This document shows positions 8,568 through 19,944 of a stretch of DNA of 63,933 nt, piece by piece. This DNA comes from an uncultured Eubacteriales bacterium (GTDB lineage Bacteria; Bacillota; Thermincolia; Thermincolales; CAZWUW01): the NCBI GenBank assembly GCA_964636895.1, contig CAZWUW010000003.1, positions 1 to 63,933 on the forward strand, given 5' to 3'. Position 1 is the first letter of the stretch. Every line of letters starts with the position of its first letter. The notes under the pieces were generated by a model that was not told the origin of the DNA, ran no database searches, and worked only from the letters and a program-made list of their open reading frames with translations. A program made the position numbers and the translations under genes.

Positions 8568-11500
8568 TCAACTGACTTTGTCCACGGCTTCTGCTAAACG
8601 CATGGAAACCATTTTTGTAACACCCGACTCATCCATAGTCACACCATACAGAATATCCGCCACTTCCATAGTGCCTTTGCGGTGAGTTACCACGATAAAC
8701 TGGGACTGATCAGCAAATTCTTTCATAAAAGCGGCAAACCTGTCAACATTAGCTTCGTCAAGGGCAGCTTCAATTTCGTCCAACACACAGAAAGGACTAG
8801 GTTTAACCTTTAGTATAGCAAATAATAAAGCAATGGCCGTTAAGGCCCGTTCACCGCCGGAGAGCAGTGAAAGATGTTGGGGCTTTTTGCCGGGTGGCTG
8901 GGCGATAATCTCAATGCCAGTTTCCAGCATGTCGGTACTATCGGTAAGCTGTAAATCAGCATTGCCGCCACCAAACAGCGCACTGAAAACTTCGCGGAAA
9001 TTACTGTTGATTAGCTGAAATGCTTCCCGGAAGCGACCTGTCATAATATCATCCATCTCAGCTATAACCGTGTATAATGAATTCTTGGCTTCTTCCAGAT
9101 CTTTATGCTGAGCAGTAAGAAACTCATATCGTTCATTGACTCGGGCAAATTCTTCGATAGCTCCAAGGTTAACGGTACCCAAGCCAGAAATATGTCCTTT
9201 TAGTTCCTTTATCCGGGATGCTACTTCACGCCGGTTTTTTATTTCTGTTTTATTTAAAACGGCTTCTTCAAAAGTCAGACCGTGTTCTTCCATTAAGCGC
9301 TGCCTTGCATTTTCCATCTCCATTTCCAGCCTGGCGCGGCGGACATCAAAACTGTGGGCCTGTTCCTGCAAATAGCCAAACTGCTTCTGCAATTGTTTAA
9401 TATGAATTTCCAGGTCATTGAGACCGGCACGGTCACTCTGCCTTTCACCTTTAAGAGCATTTAGCTGCTCGCCGGTACTGCCTTTTTTGTCCACTTGTCT
9501 GATAATCTGCTCTTTTAGCACGGTAATTTCTTCATCAAGCCGGGTACCGGTTAAGCCGATTTCAGCCAATTTTGCTTCTTTATCCACGGCCTGCTGCCGG
9601 TATTCCTCCACACTGCGGTGCGCCCGGGCCAAAAGTTCTTCATACCCGGTTTCTTCTTGCTGCAGTGCGGCAAGCCGGACTCTTGACGCGGTAATCCGGG
9701 AAGTTATCTGTTCCCGAAATTCCTGTTGGTCTTTTACAGCTTCCTGTAATCTACCGATACTATGCTCAAGTTCTTTGTTTTTATTTTCAAGTTGCCCAAG
9801 TTTTTCTTTTAAAACTTCTCTTTTGTCACGCAGGCGCTTAATTTCAACACTTTCCTGCTCGATTTCCAGGTCAGCGGACTTTATCAGCCGTTCAATCCTT
9901 ACCTGTTCTACCTCCCGCTGTTCAAGGTCTTTTTTGATACCTGTCAATTGTAGTTGTTGCATCTGATTTTCATTACGCAAATGCTCAATATTATATTTAA
10001 TTTGGTTAATTTCTTGTTGCTTATTATTTTCGTCCGCCCGTTGTTTCTCTAAAACTCCTTGCAGTCGGGTCAGTTCTTTTTCCAGATTATCAATTTCACT
10101 CATCCGGCCCAGGAGAGTGGCGTTTCCTCTGGCAAAACTGCCTCCCGTAAAGCTACCTCCGGGATTGATAATCTCTCCGTCCAGAGTAACAAACTTATAA
10201 CGGTAACCGGCATCTTTGGCCACCTGCCTGGCCAGTTCAAGGTTTTGAAAGATAGCGATGCGCCCCAATAAAAACTGCAGGATGTTATTATACTGTTCAT
10301 CTATTTTAACTAAACCGGCTGCTGTGCCCAAACACCCCTTAGAATTAATGATTTTTTGCAGGGATTTATCGTGTTCATTATTTTTAATGGTGTTTAAAGG
10401 TAAAAAAGTAGCCCGCCCGGCCTTGTTGGCCTTCAAGTATTCAATAGCCCGCTGGGCATCACCATCAGTCCCGGAAACAATAAACTGCACCGCCCCGCCC
10501 AATGCAACTTCAATAGCCACGGCGTATTCCTCAGGTACTTGCAAGAGTTCTGCCAAAACACCGCATATTCCCTGCAGCTTCCCTGCCTGCCCGGCCTTCA
10601 GCACTTCCCGGACCCCTTTATGAAAGCCTTCATACTGCTGCTGCATTTCTTTTAAAACCCTGAGCCTGGATTCTTTAACACCGACAGTTTTTTGTTGCGC
10701 AGACAAGTCACCGCGCAAAGAGAACAGTTTTTTTTCGCTGTCGCCCTGTTCTTGGGCCAGCTCAGTCAAAGCAGCATCATTCTTCTTTATGTTTACTGTT
10801 ACAGCATTGCAATCCTGTTTAGTAAATGCCAGCACCGTGCTGTTTTCTGCCGCCTGTTTTTCAGCAGCTGCCCTTTCGACGGTGAGTTGAGCAATCCTTT
10901 TTTCATGGTTTTTTTCCTGTACTGCATAATTACCTATTTCATTGCGAACTTCAGCGATGCCATGAAGTATTTCAATGATATCGCCTTTACCACTTTCAAT
11001 GCCGGCATCCCCTTCGGCCAGACTATTAACTAAATCAGCCAGTTCAGCTTCCCGGGCGGCAGTTTCTATATGACCGGCGGCAATCTCCTGACGGATTTTG
11101 GCCAATGCATCTTCTTCCCCGGCGTATTGATTCTTCACTTCATCTATACGGTGTTTCATATCGGCTAATTCAGCAGTGAGCCTGTCTCTATCCCGGTTCA
11201 AACCGCGCCGGCGCTCTTCCGCTACATTGACTGCCGCTTCGTTTCTTTCTACCGCGCTAGACAGGTCAAAAACAGCCTGCTGAACCCCGGAAATCTCTTC
11301 GTCAAGCTTACTAATTCTAAGTTTAAGCTCCTCAACTCTTGATTCATTTCCCCGAAGTTGGGTTTCCACAGTCAGGGCAGCCTGCTTTTTTTCGTCCATT
11401 TCGGTATTGATTTCGGCTAGTTTGCCCCCAACTTCTTCTAATTGATGAACATATAGGTTAATTTCCAGTTTACTTAGTTCTTCTTTAAAATTCAAAAATT

Positions 11501-12140
11501 CTTCTGCTGTAGCGGCTTGCTCCTGCAAAGGTCCAACCTGAGCAGAAAGTTCACTAATTATATCACTGATACGCATCAGATTCTGCTCAGTGTCAGCTAG
11601 TTTTTTGGCTGCCTGAAGTTTACGGTTTTTATATTTGACAATTCCTGCGGCCTCTTCAATAAGTTGGCGGCGGTCTTCGGATCTGGCGTTCAGGATTTCA
11701 TCGATTTTTCCTTGACCAATAATAGAATAACCCTCCCGGCCTACCCCGGTATCCATAAAAAGCTCATGTATGTCCCGCAGCCGGCAGGGAGATTTGTTAA
11801 TCAGGAACTCACTGTCACCGGACCGGAACACCCGCCGGGTAACGGTGACTTCGGAATAATCCAGCGGGAATATGCCGTTGGAATTGTCCAGGGTTAAGGA
11901 TACTTCCGCCATCCCCACCGGCCGCCGCTTATCACTACCAGAAAAAATTATGTCTTCCATTTTGGCGCCCCGCAGTGATTTAGCGCTTTGTTCACCTAAC
12001 ACCCAGCGGATGGCGTCAGAGATATTGCTTTTGCCACTGCCGTTGGGACCTACGATACCGGTGACACCAGGGTTAAAATGCAATTCGATTTTATCGGCAA
12101 AGGATTTAAAACCTTGAATTTCCAATCGTTTTAGATGCAA
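8568..12140 (-). CDS. smc: Chromosome partition protein SMC.
   Basis: The ORF track extends to 12191. I prefer the TTG at 12138-12140 (GGAGGAAGTATT-TTG), which gives the canonical N-terminus (M)[16 protein letters not shown]. Walker [10 protein letters not shown], long coiled coils, a hinge, and C-terminal LSGGE...[10 protein letters not shown]. Confidence 0.95.
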   Translation of the reverse strand: MHLKRLEIQGFKSFADKIELHFNPGVTGIVGPNGSGKSNISDAIRWVLGEQSAKSLRGAKMEDIIFSGSDKRRPVGMAEVSLTLDNSNGIFPLDYSEVTVTRRVFRSGDSEFLINKSPCRLRDIHELFMDTGVGREGYSIIGQGKIDEILNARSEDRRQLIEEAAGIVKYKNRKLQAAKKLADTEQNLMRISDIISELSAQVGPLQEQAATAEEFLNFKEELSKLEINLYVHQLEEVGGKLAEINTEMDEKKQAALTVETQLRGNESRVEELKLRISKLDEEISGVQQAVFDLSSAVERNEAAVNVAEERRRGLNRDRDRLTAELADMKHRIDEVKNQYAGEEDALAKIRQEIAAGHIETAAREAELADLVNSLAEGDAGIESGKGDIIEILHGIAEVRNEIGNYAVQEKNHEKRIAQLTVERAAAEKQAAENSTVLAFTKQDCNAVTVNIKKNDAALTELAQEQGDSEKKLFSLRGDLSAQQKTVGVKESRLRVLKEMQQQYEGFHKGVREVLKAGQAGKLQGICGVLAELLQVPEEYAVAIEVALGGAVQFIVSGTDGDAQRAIEYLKANKAGRATFLPLNTIKNNEHDKSLQKIINSKGCLGTAAGLVKIDEQYNNILQFLLGRIAIFQNLELARQVAKDAGYRYKFVTLDGEIINPGGSFTGGSFARGNATLLGRMSEIDNLEKELTRLQGVLEKQRADENNKQQEINQIKYNIEHLRNENQMQQLQLTGIKKDLEQREVEQVRIERLIKSADLEIEQESVEIKRLRDKREVLKEKLGQLENKNKELEHSIGRLQEAVKDQQEFREQITSRITASRVRLAALQQEETGYEELLARAHRSVEEYRQQAVDKEAKLAEIGLTGTRLDEEITVLKEQIIRQVDKKGSTGEQLNALKGERQSDRAGLNDLEIHIKQLQKQFGYLQEQAHSFDVRRARLEMEMENARQRLMEEHGLTFEEAVLNKTEIKNRREVASRIKELKGHISGLGTVNLGAIEEFARVNERYEFLTAQHKDLEEAKNSLYTVIAEMDDIMTGRFREAFQLINSNFREVFSALFGGGNADLQLTDSTDMLETGIEIIAQPPGKKPQHLSLLSGGERALTAIALLFAILKVKPSPFCVLDEIEAALDEANVDRFAAFMKEFADQSQFIVVTHRKGTMEVADILYGVTMDESGVTKMVSMRLAEAVDKVS

Positions 12141-12361
12141 AATACTTCCTCCCCAGAGACTTAGCTTATTAGAATACCGTCTGCCGTCCAAGCACCCGGA
12201 ATATAACCTTGTAAAGCTTATAATATTTCTATATCTGCAGTGAATTTACCTCTTTTTATACTGTGGGCAAAAGTGTGATTTTGGGTGATTAAAAACACAT
12301 ATGTATACTTCTTTTATAACTTGGGAAAATTAAACACATTCCATTTGAAGGAGCAAAGATT

Positions 12362-12811
12362 ATGTACCTGATAAATATTCTGAAAAAATTTCGCTTACTT
12401 GAGTTTTATATCGGCCTGCAACCTGAGGAAAAAGATTTTATGAATCACTACTCCAGGCAATTCCATTTCTATACACCGCCATGCAAAGATATACCGGCCT
12501 GTGAAGATTTATTGTTTTCCGTTAAAAGACCGGCGCAACTGTTATGGACCACGGCGGCTAATGCTATCCCTGACCGCAAGTGGGATTTTGCAGAAAAGCT
12601 TCTTGTAAAGGCTTTGGAAATAGCTAATGACCGTGAAGACCTGGCCTGGACGCACGCCAATCTTACCCAGTTATATTATGACCAGCATCGAAAAAAACCG
12701 GCCAGCATAAGAAAATGCCTGCATCACTGTCATCAATTGCTGGCTACCGGTTATTTTACTTCCTGGGCAGAAAATATGCTGGCCGAAGTAATGGTCATGC
12801 AAATACAATAG
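12362..12811 (+). CDS. Hypothetical protein (149 aa), possibly helical-repeat/TPR-like.
   Basis: ATG preceded by GAAGGAG. It is the only plus-strand gene between two long minus-strand blocks and is followed by a strong hairpin. No recognisable motif. Confidence 0.5.
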   Translation: MYLINILKKFRLLEFYIGLQPEEKDFMNHYSRQFHFYTPPCKDIPACEDLLFSVKRPAQLLWTTAANAIPDRKWDFAEKLLVKALEIANDREDLAWTHANLTQLYYDQHRKKPASIRKCLHHCHQLLATGYFTSWAENMLAEVMVMQIQ

Positions 12812-12815
12812 TCAT

Positions 12816-12861
12816 AAAAAAACAATGGTTTGCATGATAATTGCAAGCCATTGTTTTTTTT
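12816..12861. terminator. Bidirectional rho-independent terminator between convergent genes.
   Basis: AAAAAAA-CAATGGTTTGCA-(loop tgataat)-TGCAAGCCATTG-TTTTTTTT. The A-run and T-run flank a 12-bp stem. Confidence 0.7.
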
Positions 12862-12863
12862 CA

Positions 12864-13943
12864 CTAATCCATAGTTTTTCTGGTTGATACCAGATTAAAT
12901 TCCCGCCCATTGGCCTGAACCAACAGCACCATGCCCCGCTCATTATAATCATAGGGGCTAATGACAAAAGAATCCATACCCAACTCATGCTTAAAGTAGT
13001 TAACATTACTGTTCTTCTGGCCCCTGGCAATGGAAAGATCAGCGGCCGGCACTAGAAAAGCAGCTTGATTTACCTGTCCTACAATATTCCTGACCTTTGC
13101 AAGAAGCTGCCGCATCTGTTCTCTGGCCACCGCAGCTTCTACCAGTTCCCGGAAGGCGGGATGATAAGGTCCAGCCAGGACGTCGCCTGCCCAACTGATT
13201 TCCTCGCTGGGCTGGAGTCCAATACGAATAACCGGAATTTGCGCTTTTTCATATTTAATCAACAGGCTTTTGCATACCTGTACAGCATCTTCCAAAGACC
13301 AGGGTTGGTAATCACCTTGCTCATACATTTGGGCCAACAGCGTGCCCTTTAATACTAAACATGGATAGATTCTTACAAAATCAGGGTGCAAAGCAATAAT
13401 TTCTTCACCTGTAATGCCGGCTTTCACCCCGGTGTCACCCGGCAGTCCAATCATCATTTGCAGACCGAGAGTAAATCCCCAAGACTTGATTAATGCTACC
13501 GCCCTTAGCACATCCCTGCTGTTATGACCACGGTTTGCCTGGTTAAGCACCATGTTATCCATTGACTGGACACCCAGTTCAATAATGGATACGCCAAAAG
13601 ATGATAAGTTAGTTAAGGCTTCCTCATCTATAGCATCCGGGCGGGTAGAGATACGGATATGGTCTATTTGGCCCCGGTTTAAAGCTATTAAAGCAGGCGT
13701 TAATAGCTCCTTTTTTAAATCCGCGGAAATGGCGGTAAAACTACCGCCATAAAATGCTACTTCGACGGTGATGCCTTCCCCTTTTGGGATGTGGGGCAAG
13801 AAGTCGGCTAACTTTTGCTGAACAGCGACGGCATCCGGTATAACAGCCTGTCCGGTAATTCTGGCCTGATTACAAAATACACAACGGTGCGGACAACCCA
13901 AGTCCGGCACAAAAACAGGTATCACATAATGTCCTTTAGGCAT
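12864..13943 (-). CDS. Radical SAM protein (ELP3/HemN-like, no acetyltransferase domain).
   Basis: 359 aa. CxxxCxxC at the N-terminus (GCPHRCVFCNQ), followed by a TIM-barrel-like pattern (YGGSFT, IELGVQS). Confidence 0.85.
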   Translation of the reverse strand: MPKGHYVIPVFVPDLGCPHRCVFCNQARITGQAVIPDAVAVQQKLADFLPHIPKGEGITVEVAFYGGSFTAISADLKKELLTPALIALNRGQIDHIRISTRPDAIDEEALTNLSSFGVSIIELGVQSMDNMVLNQANRGHNSRDVLRAVALIKSWGFTLGLQMMIGLPGDTGVKAGITGEEIIALHPDFVRIYPCLVLKGTLLAQMYEQGDYQPWSLEDAVQVCKSLLIKYEKAQIPVIRIGLQPSEEISWAGDVLAGPYHPAFRELVEAAVAREQMRQLLAKVRNIVGQVNQAAFLVPAADLSIARGQKNSNVNYFKHELGMDSFVISPYDYNERGMVLLVQANGREFNLVSTRKTMD

Positions 13944-13960
13944 TGTATTCCACCATATCT

Positions 13961-14710
13961 CTAATCATTTTCGGGTCCCGGTGGAAAAGCAATATCACCG
14001 GATTGCAGTTTAGCCAGGGCATCACTGGCAGCAGCTTGTTCTGCTTCCTTTTTGGTTCGGCCGCTGCCGGATCCCCAGTTCCGGTCACGAAATCTAACGG
14101 CTGCGACAAACGTTTTTTCATGATCCGGACCGTATTCTTCAACTATAAAATAAGATAAAGTATTTTCTGTCCGCTGTTGTACCAGTTCCTGCAATTCTGT
14201 CTTATAATCACCGGCATTACCGCCCTTGGCGGTTACTTTTTCAATCACCGGCGCAAGTTCGCGAAGAATAAAGCTTTTGGTATTCTCCAGACCCTGATCC
14301 AGGTAAATTGCGCCAATTAATGCTTCTACTGCATCGGCCAGGATTGAAGGTCTTTGGCGGCCACCGCTTCTCTCTTCACCCCGGCCCATTAACAGACACT
14401 GACCTAGATTTAGCCGCTTGGCCATTTCAGCCAGTGAAGGCTCACACACTATCCCGGCCCGCATTTTTGTCAGAATCCCTTCCGGACAATCGTTGTTAAT
14501 CAGATATAAATACTCACTGATTACCAATTCCAGTACCGCATCACCCAAAAATTCCAACCGCTGATTATGCTCAAGGTTAAAATTCCTGTTTTCGTGGGCA
14601 TAAGAGCTATGGGTAAATGCCTGCCGGAACAGTGCCGGAGCATGCCAGGAAATCCTGAGATAATTCATCAAATCGTTCTGTAGGTTGGTAACATCCTTCA
14701 TCCTCATCAC
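13961..14710 (-). CDS. rnc: Ribonuclease III.
   Basis: RNase III signature NQRLEFLGDAVLELV and a C-terminal dsRBD (GPDHEKTF...GSGRTKKEAEQAAA). Confidence 0.95.
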   Translation of the reverse strand: MMRMKDVTNLQNDLMNYLRISWHAPALFRQAFTHSSYAHENRNFNLEHNQRLEFLGDAVLELVISEYLYLINNDCPEGILTKMRAGIVCEPSLAEMAKRLNLGQCLLMGRGEERSGGRQRPSILADAVEALIGAIYLDQGLENTKSFILRELAPVIEKVTAKGGNAGDYKTELQELVQQRTENTLSYFIVEEYGPDHEKTFVAAVRFRDRNWGSGSGRTKKEAEQAAASDALAKLQSGDIAFPPGPEND

Positions 14711-14723
14711 CCGGAAATCTTAT

Positions 14724-15965
14724 TTATTCCGCAAACCGGCGCAATAAAACTGTGGCATTGTGACCGCCAAAACCAAAAGAATTTGATATTGCGGCATTAA
14801 CGCTCCGCTTAACAGCCTTATTTGGGACATAATCCAGGTCACATTCCGGATCCGGGTTGGTCAGGTTTATTGTCGGCGGTATAACTCCCCGCTCAATGCT
14901 TAGTGCACAAATAATGGCTTCAATGCCGCCGGCTGCACCCAGCAAATGACCGGTCATAGATTTGGTGGAACTCACGGCCAGCTTGGGCGCATGTTCGCCA
15001 AATATCTTCCTGATTGCCAGGGTTTCCGCAATATCACCCAATGGCGTGGATGTCCCGTGGGCATTAACATAGTCAACTTGCTGCGGTTTCATGTCGGCAT
15101 CTTTCAGACAAAAGTCCATCGCCATAGCCGCACCCATACCTTCCGGGTCTGGCGCGGTAATATGGTGAGCGTCACAAGTCATCCCGTACCCGCCAATCTC
15201 AGCATAAATCTTCGCTCCCCGTTCCAGTGCATGTTCCAGACTCTCTAGCACCATTATGCCGGCACCTTCACCCATAACAAAGCCATCCCGTCCGGTATCA
15301 AAAGGTCTACTGGCTTTTTCTGGCTCTTCATTTCGGGTTGACATAGCCTTCATGGAACAAAACCCGGCCATGGCAAGCTTTATTACCGGAGCCTCACTGC
15401 CACCTGTAATCATAATATCAGCTTCCCCACGCTGGATAATCCTGAAGGCATCCCCAACAGAATTTGTACTGGCGGCACAAGCAGTTACCGCTGTTATATT
15501 GGGTCCTTTAAGATTATGCTTTATTGCAATATTTGCGCCGGCAATATTGGCTATCATCATTGGCACAAAAAAAGGCGTAATCCGGTTTGGACCTTTTGTC
15601 ATCATTACTATTGCCTGTTCTTCTATAGATTCAATACCACCAACACCTGAACCCAGAATGACGCCTGCGCGAAAGGGGTCATTATTGTGGTTTTGCAAAC
15701 CGGCATCTGCTATAGCCATATCAGCTGCAACTACAGCCAGTTGAGTAAACCTGTCCATGCGCCGGGCTTCCTTTTTATCTATAAAATCATGCGGGTCAAA
15801 GTCTTTAACCTCACCGGCAATCCTGGTCGGAAGCTCGCTGGCATCAAACCTTTTAATTAAATCTATGCCGCTTTTACCTTCTATCAAAGACTGCCAAAAC
15901 TGATCTTTGCCGGTACCCACCGGGGAAACTACACCAATACCGGTTACCACAACGCGTTTTTTCAT
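14724..15965 (-). CDS. fabF: 3-oxoacyl-ACP synthase II.
   Basis: 413 aa. Active-site [15 protein letters not shown], and GHLLGAAG...NSFGFGGHN. Confidence 0.95.
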   Translation of the reverse strand: MKKRVVVTGIGVVSPVGTGKDQFWQSLIEGKSGIDLIKRFDASELPTRIAGEVKDFDPHDFIDKKEARRMDRFTQLAVVAADMAIADAGLQNHNNDPFRAGVILGSGVGGIESIEEQAIVMMTKGPNRITPFFVPMMIANIAGANIAIKHNLKGPNITAVTACAASTNSVGDAFRIIQRGEADIMITGGSEAPVIKLAMAGFCSMKAMSTRNEEPEKASRPFDTGRDGFVMGEGAGIMVLESLEHALERGAKIYAEIGGYGMTCDAHHITAPDPEGMGAAMAMDFCLKDADMKPQQVDYVNAHGTSTPLGDIAETLAIRKIFGEHAPKLAVSSTKSMTGHLLGAAGGIEAIICALSIERGVIPPTINLTNPDPECDLDYVPNKAVKRSVNAAISNSFGFGGHNATVLLRRFAE

Positions 15966-15966
15966 G

Positions 15967-16947
15967 TCACACCTCGTTTCCGGCCAATTCCACTTCTTGT
16001 AAAAGTCTTTTGATGATTTCTTTTACCGGCAGTATTTCTTTAATTTCAAAAACCCGCTGGCCCGAGAAAACAAGGCCGTTGTCCATATCTCCCTGTTGAG
16101 CCGCCACTAAAGCTTTACTGATACAAAAACTACGGGAACATTTTTTTAAACATCCGTTACATTCATCAGGAGTCAGGTCTTCACCAGCAAAAAATCTTCT
16201 TGCAAAGTTGTTAATCAAACCTTGACCGGGCAATCCTACCGGGCTATCTACCAGCACAACGTCTTCCGGTTTAGCGTCAATATAAAGCTGCTTAAAAGCA
16301 TCCGCAGCATTAGATTCAACACTGGCAGCAAACCTGGTACCCATCTGCACACCGTCAGCCCCCAGCCTAAAAGCATCCACTATATCACCGCCATTAATAA
16401 TGCCACCGGCTGCAATAACTGGAATGTCAACGGCTCCTTTGACCTGGGGCACGAGTTCTTTCATCGATTTGCATTTTTCAGTACCAAGGTGACCACCGGC
16501 TTCTTTTCCTTCCACAACAATCGCTGCAGCTCCAAGTTTTTCAGCTATCTGAGCCAGCTTGGGGTTAGAAATAATCGGAACTATAGGCACATCCGCAGAT
16601 TTTCCCCAGCTATACATATCCCTGGAAAATCCGGCTCCCGATACAATTAAGTCAATACCTTCTTCAATTGCTGTTTTAATGGCATTGGCAAACTCATAAG
16701 CGGCAAACATAATGTTAATACCAATGATTCCTTTGGTCAACTCTCTTGCTTTGCGGATTTCCTGTTTCAGTTCGTCCATAGTCATAGCAGTTGCCGCAAT
16801 TAGTCCGATACCACCCTCTTCAGCCACTGCTGCCGCCAGCGGCGCAGTCGAAACCCGAACGGCCATGCCACCCTGGATAATAGGCAGTTTTGCAACCAGG
16901 TCGCCAATTTTTAATTCAGGTAGTTTCATCTTCTTCCTCCAATCCAA
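15967..16947 (-). CDS. FMN-dependent NPD/FabK-family oxidoreductase (second enoyl-ACP-reductase-II-like paralog) with a Cys-rich insert.
   Basis: 326 aa. Contains [14 protein letters not shown] and VQMGTRF, as in FabK/nitronate monooxygenase TIM barrels. Carries an extra [13 protein letters not shown] (Cx2Cx3Cx4C) motif that is absent from the other paralog. Confidence 0.75.
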   Translation of the reverse strand: MDWRKKMKLPELKIGDLVAKLPIIQGGMAVRVSTAPLAAAVAEEGGIGLIAATAMTMDELKQEIRKARELTKGIIGINIMFAAYEFANAIKTAIEEGIDLIVSGAGFSRDMYSWGKSADVPIVPIISNPKLAQIAEKLGAAAIVVEGKEAGGHLGTEKCKSMKELVPQVKGAVDIPVIAAGGIINGGDIVDAFRLGADGVQMGTRFAASVESNAADAFKQLYIDAKPEDVVLVDSPVGLPGQGLINNFARRFFAGEDLTPDECNGCLKKCSRSFCISKALVAAQQGDMDNGLVFSGQRVFEIKEILPVKEIIKRLLQEVELAGNEV

Positions 16948-17014
16948 TACACACGGGAAATATGCCTAATCCGAAAAAGTCCCGCAGCGTAAACCGCGGG
17001 ACTGTATCAGTGTA

Positions 17015-17245
17015 TTACTGACGTTCCTCGATGTATTTTACGGCATCACCAACGGTTTTAATTTTTTCCGCGTCTTCATCGGGTATTTCCATATCAAATT
17101 CTTCTTCCAGAGCCATGACCAGCTCAACAATATCCAGAGAATCAGCACCAAGGTCTTCAATAAAAGAGGATTCGGTTTTTACTTCAGCCTCTTCAACCCC
17201 CAACTGCTCGACAATAATGCTTTTAACCTTATCAAAAACTGCCAT
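17015..17245 (-). CDS. acpP: Acyl carrier protein.
   Basis: 76 aa with the phosphopantetheine site [12 protein letters not shown]. Confidence 0.95.
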   Translation of the reverse strand: MAVFDKVKSIIVEQLGVEEAEVKTESSFIEDLGADSLDIVELVMALEEEFDMEIPDEDAEKIKTVGDAVKYIEERQ

Positions 17246-17291
17246 GGTTTCACCTCCTCTCGATTAAAATATAATTTTTATAAAATATAAA

Positions 17292-18035
17292 TTACTGCAT
17301 AACCATGCCGCCATCAACAGCAATGGTTTGCCCAGTAATATAACTGGTCGCCTCCGATGCCAGGAATACAACTGTATTTGCAATATCCTCCGGCTGTCCC
17401 AGCCTGCCCAGAGGTATTTGTTCCTTTAGTTTTGATTTCACATTTTCGGGCAGCACATCTGTCATCTGGGTCTGAATGAAACCCGGCGCAACACAGTTTA
17501 CTGTGATTCCCCGGGAAGCTACTTCCCTGGCTACTGATTTACTAAGACCAATAATACCGGCCTTGGCAGCTGCATAATTAGCCTGCCCGGCATTACCCAT
17601 CAGACCAACCACAGAAGCAATATTGATTATCCTGCCGAAACGCTGCTTAATCATCGGGCTTATAATGGCTTTCGTGCAATTAAATACACCTTTGAGATTT
17701 ATATTAAGGACAGCATCCCAATCATCTTCTTTCATCCGCATTAACAGTGTATCACGGGTTATGCCCGCATTATTCACTAATATATCCAGTTTTCCAAATT
17801 TATCCAGGGCAGCCTGCACCATTTCCGCCACTTCAGCAGCATCAGCTACATTTGCTTTAACAGCCAAAGCCTGCTGCCCCAGTACGCGAATTTCACTGGC
17901 TACCTGCTCTGCGGCGGCCAGGTCAATATCGACTACTACCACGCTGGCACCGGCATTGGCTAGGGCGATGGCAACTGCCCGGCCGATACCGCGGGAGCCA
18001 CCGGTAACGAGAGCGGTCTTTTCCCTAAGAACCAT
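17292..18035 (-). CDS. fabG: 3-oxoacyl-ACP reductase.
   Basis: 247-aa SDR. Contains [12 protein letters not shown] and YAAAKAG. Confidence 0.9.
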   Translation of the reverse strand: MVLREKTALVTGGSRGIGRAVAIALANAGASVVVVDIDLAAAEQVASEIRVLGQQALAVKANVADAAEVAEMVQAALDKFGKLDILVNNAGITRDTLLMRMKEDDWDAVLNINLKGVFNCTKAIISPMIKQRFGRIINIASVVGLMGNAGQANYAAAKAGIIGLSKSVAREVASRGITVNCVAPGFIQTQMTDVLPENVKSKLKEQIPLGRLGQPEDIANTVVFLASEATSYITGQTIAVDGGMVMQ

Positions 18036-18036
18036 T

Positions 18037-18975
18037 CTATATAACCTCCCTTAAATTTTCAAGCGTCATTTCCAATGATTTAATATCTTCAACATTATAT
18101 AATTGACTATCGGGCACAATTTTCTTAATCAAACCCAACAGTACCCGGCCCGGCCCTAATTCCACATAATATTGCACCCTATTTGCCGACATGTTGCGGA
18201 TACAGTCTTCCCATCGCACCGAACCACTTACCTGTTTGATGAGAGATTCTCTGATTTCCGCCGCTGTGCGCACAAAATCACCGCTAACATTAGCAATAAC
18301 AGGAACTTGCGGATTGGTAATGACAACCTCCGCCAAAACACCGGTCAGCCTATCCCCCGCCGGCGTCATCAGGCTGGAATGAAATGGTCCGCTCACCGGC
18401 AGGGCGAGTACCCTTTTGGCACCCTTTTCCTTGGCCTTGGCCACTGCTTGTTCAAGTGCGGCAGTTTCACCGGCAATAATTATTTGTCCGGGGCAGTTAT
18501 AATTAGCTACTTCCACCACGCCACCGGAAACTTCCCGGCATAGGGCATCAACTTTTTCCCGCTCCAGCCCCAGCACTGCAGCCATTCCTCCGGTGCCGGG
18601 CGGGGACGCCTGCTGCATAAATTCGCCCCGGCTGCGGACAACTTTGACCGCATCAGCAAAAGAAATTGCCCCAGCCGCAACCAGAGCGGCATACTCCCCC
18701 AGACTGTGACCGGCCAGCATATCCGGCCGAAATCCGCTACGGGCTTGAAAAACCCTTAAAATCGCAATGCTTGTAGTCAAAATTGCCGGCTGAGTAACGG
18801 CAGTCATTTTTAACTCATCTTCCGGACCGTTAAAACATAATGCAGTCAGGTCAAAACCCAACACGTCATTGGCCTCCTGGTAAATATCCCGGGCTTCCGG
18901 GAAGGCATTTGATAACTCTCTGCCCATGCCTACATACTGCGATCCCTGTCCCGGAAAAACGAAGCCTATCCGCAC
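18037..18975 (-). CDS. fabD: Malonyl-CoA:ACP transacylase.
   Basis: [11 protein letters not shown] and active-site GHSLGEY. Confidence 0.95.
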   Translation of the reverse strand: MRIGFVFPGQGSQYVGMGRELSNAFPEARDIYQEANDVLGFDLTALCFNGPEDELKMTAVTQPAILTTSIAILRVFQARSGFRPDMLAGHSLGEYAALVAAGAISFADAVKVVRSRGEFMQQASPPGTGGMAAVLGLEREKVDALCREVSGGVVEVANYNCPGQIIIAGETAALEQAVAKAKEKGAKRVLALPVSGPFHSSLMTPAGDRLTGVLAEVVITNPQVPVIANVSGDFVRTAAEIRESLIKQVSGSVRWEDCIRNMSANRVQYYVELGPGRVLLGLIKKIVPDSQLYNVEDIKSLEMTLENLREVI

Positions 18976-19910
18976 GACTCCACCTCCAGTTTGCGGAGAA
19001 CATTGCCGGCATTATTTATAATTTCATCAATAATTGCTTTGACCGGCATGATTTCATTCACCATACCCGCTATTTGGCCTGCCATAACAGTACCGTTTTC
19101 CACATCACCATCTATCATAGCAAGCTTCAAACTACCCACTCCAAGCTTTTCCAGTTCCATGGCCGGTACGCCCTGTTTTTCCATCTCTTCATAGAGTTTG
19201 GTTAGCTTGTTTTTTATTGACCTGACAGGATGACCCGTAGACCTGCCGGAGGCTATCGTATCCCGGTCTTTAGCTTTAATAATAGCTTTCTTTACGTTAT
19301 CATGAATAGTGCACTCAGCAGCACACATAAAACGGGTACCGATTTGCACGCCAACAGCGCCTAATGCCAGGGCAGCCACTAATCCGCGACCGTCGGCAAT
19401 ACCACCGGCGGCAATAACCGGAATTCTAACGGCATCTACAACCTGAGGCACCAGTGCCATGGTAGTCAACTCGCCAATATGTCCGCCCGACTCCGTACCT
19501 TCCGCTATAACAGCATCCACGCCCTGCTTTTCAAGCCGTTGGGCCAGAGCCACAGAAGGAATAACGGGAATCACTTTTGTCCCGATTTCTTTCAAAATGG
19601 GTATGTACTTGGCCGGATTACCCGCACCGGTAGTAATAACTGGCACCCGCTCAGCCTTTATCACTTCCATCACTTCTTCTACAAAAGGCGACATCATCAT
19701 AACATTAACACCAAAAGGCTTATTCGTGAGGGTTTTTAATTTTTTAATCTCTGTTCTAACCCAATCCGCAGGATTATGTCCGGCCCCGATAATTCCCAAA
19801 CCGCCGGCTTCCGAAACTGCTGCCGCTAACTCCGCCGTTGAAACCCAAGCCATACCACCCTGCAAAACAGGGTATTCAATACCTAACAAATCACATAAAA
19901 CTGTTTTCAT
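18966..19910 (-). CDS. fabK: Enoyl-ACP reductase II (FMN-dependent).
   Basis: 314 aa. Contains YPVLQGGMAWVS, VIAEGTESGGH, IAAGGIADGRG and VQIGTRF. Sits in the position between fabH and fabD. Confidence 0.8.
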   Translation of the reverse strand: MKTVLCDLLGIEYPVLQGGMAWVSTAELAAAVSEAGGLGIIGAGHNPADWVRTEIKKLKTLTNKPFGVNVMMMSPFVEEVMEVIKAERVPVITTGAGNPAKYIPILKEIGTKVIPVIPSVALAQRLEKQGVDAVIAEGTESGGHIGELTTMALVPQVVDAVRIPVIAAGGIADGRGLVAALALGAVGVQIGTRFMCAAECTIHDNVKKAIIKAKDRDTIASGRSTGHPVRSIKNKLTKLYEEMEKQGVPAMELEKLGVGSLKLAMIDGDVENGTVMAGQIAGMVNEIMPVKAIIDEIINNAGNVLRKLEVESCG

Positions 19911-19944
19911 TGTTTACAGCCCCCCTCCTGTCATCTGAATCAGA

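Noticed and set aside
9418-9966. 182-aa plus-strand ORF (Ser/Cys/Leu-rich) and several other 60-120-aa ORFs antisense to smc.
   Set aside because: They lie entirely inside the well-supported smc gene. Antisense frames stay open because of the biased coiled-coil codon content (GAA/AAG/CTG-rich). There is no RBS and the composition is not protein-like.
8568-12191. Upstream ATG giving a 17-residue N-terminal extension on SMC. Similar N-terminal extensions occur on the ORF-track models of aor, recG, the coiled-coil gene, DUF1858, pstA-2, pstC-2, the mcp and HD-GYP.
   Set aside because: Internal starts have proper RBS spacing, restore canonical N-termini and remove overlaps with upstream genes. 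The extensions have no RBS.
15256-15744. 162-aa ORF antisense to fabF. Similar long antisense ORFs occur at 19459..19938 (fabK), 24992..25591 (tmcAL), 42593..43045 (pstC), 55171..55626 (hslO), 56148..56663 (paralog 1) and 63111..63569 (thrB).
   Set aside because: These are shadow ORFs opposite strongly supported genes. They are low-complexity (Ala/Ser/Pro/Arg-rich) and lack start context.
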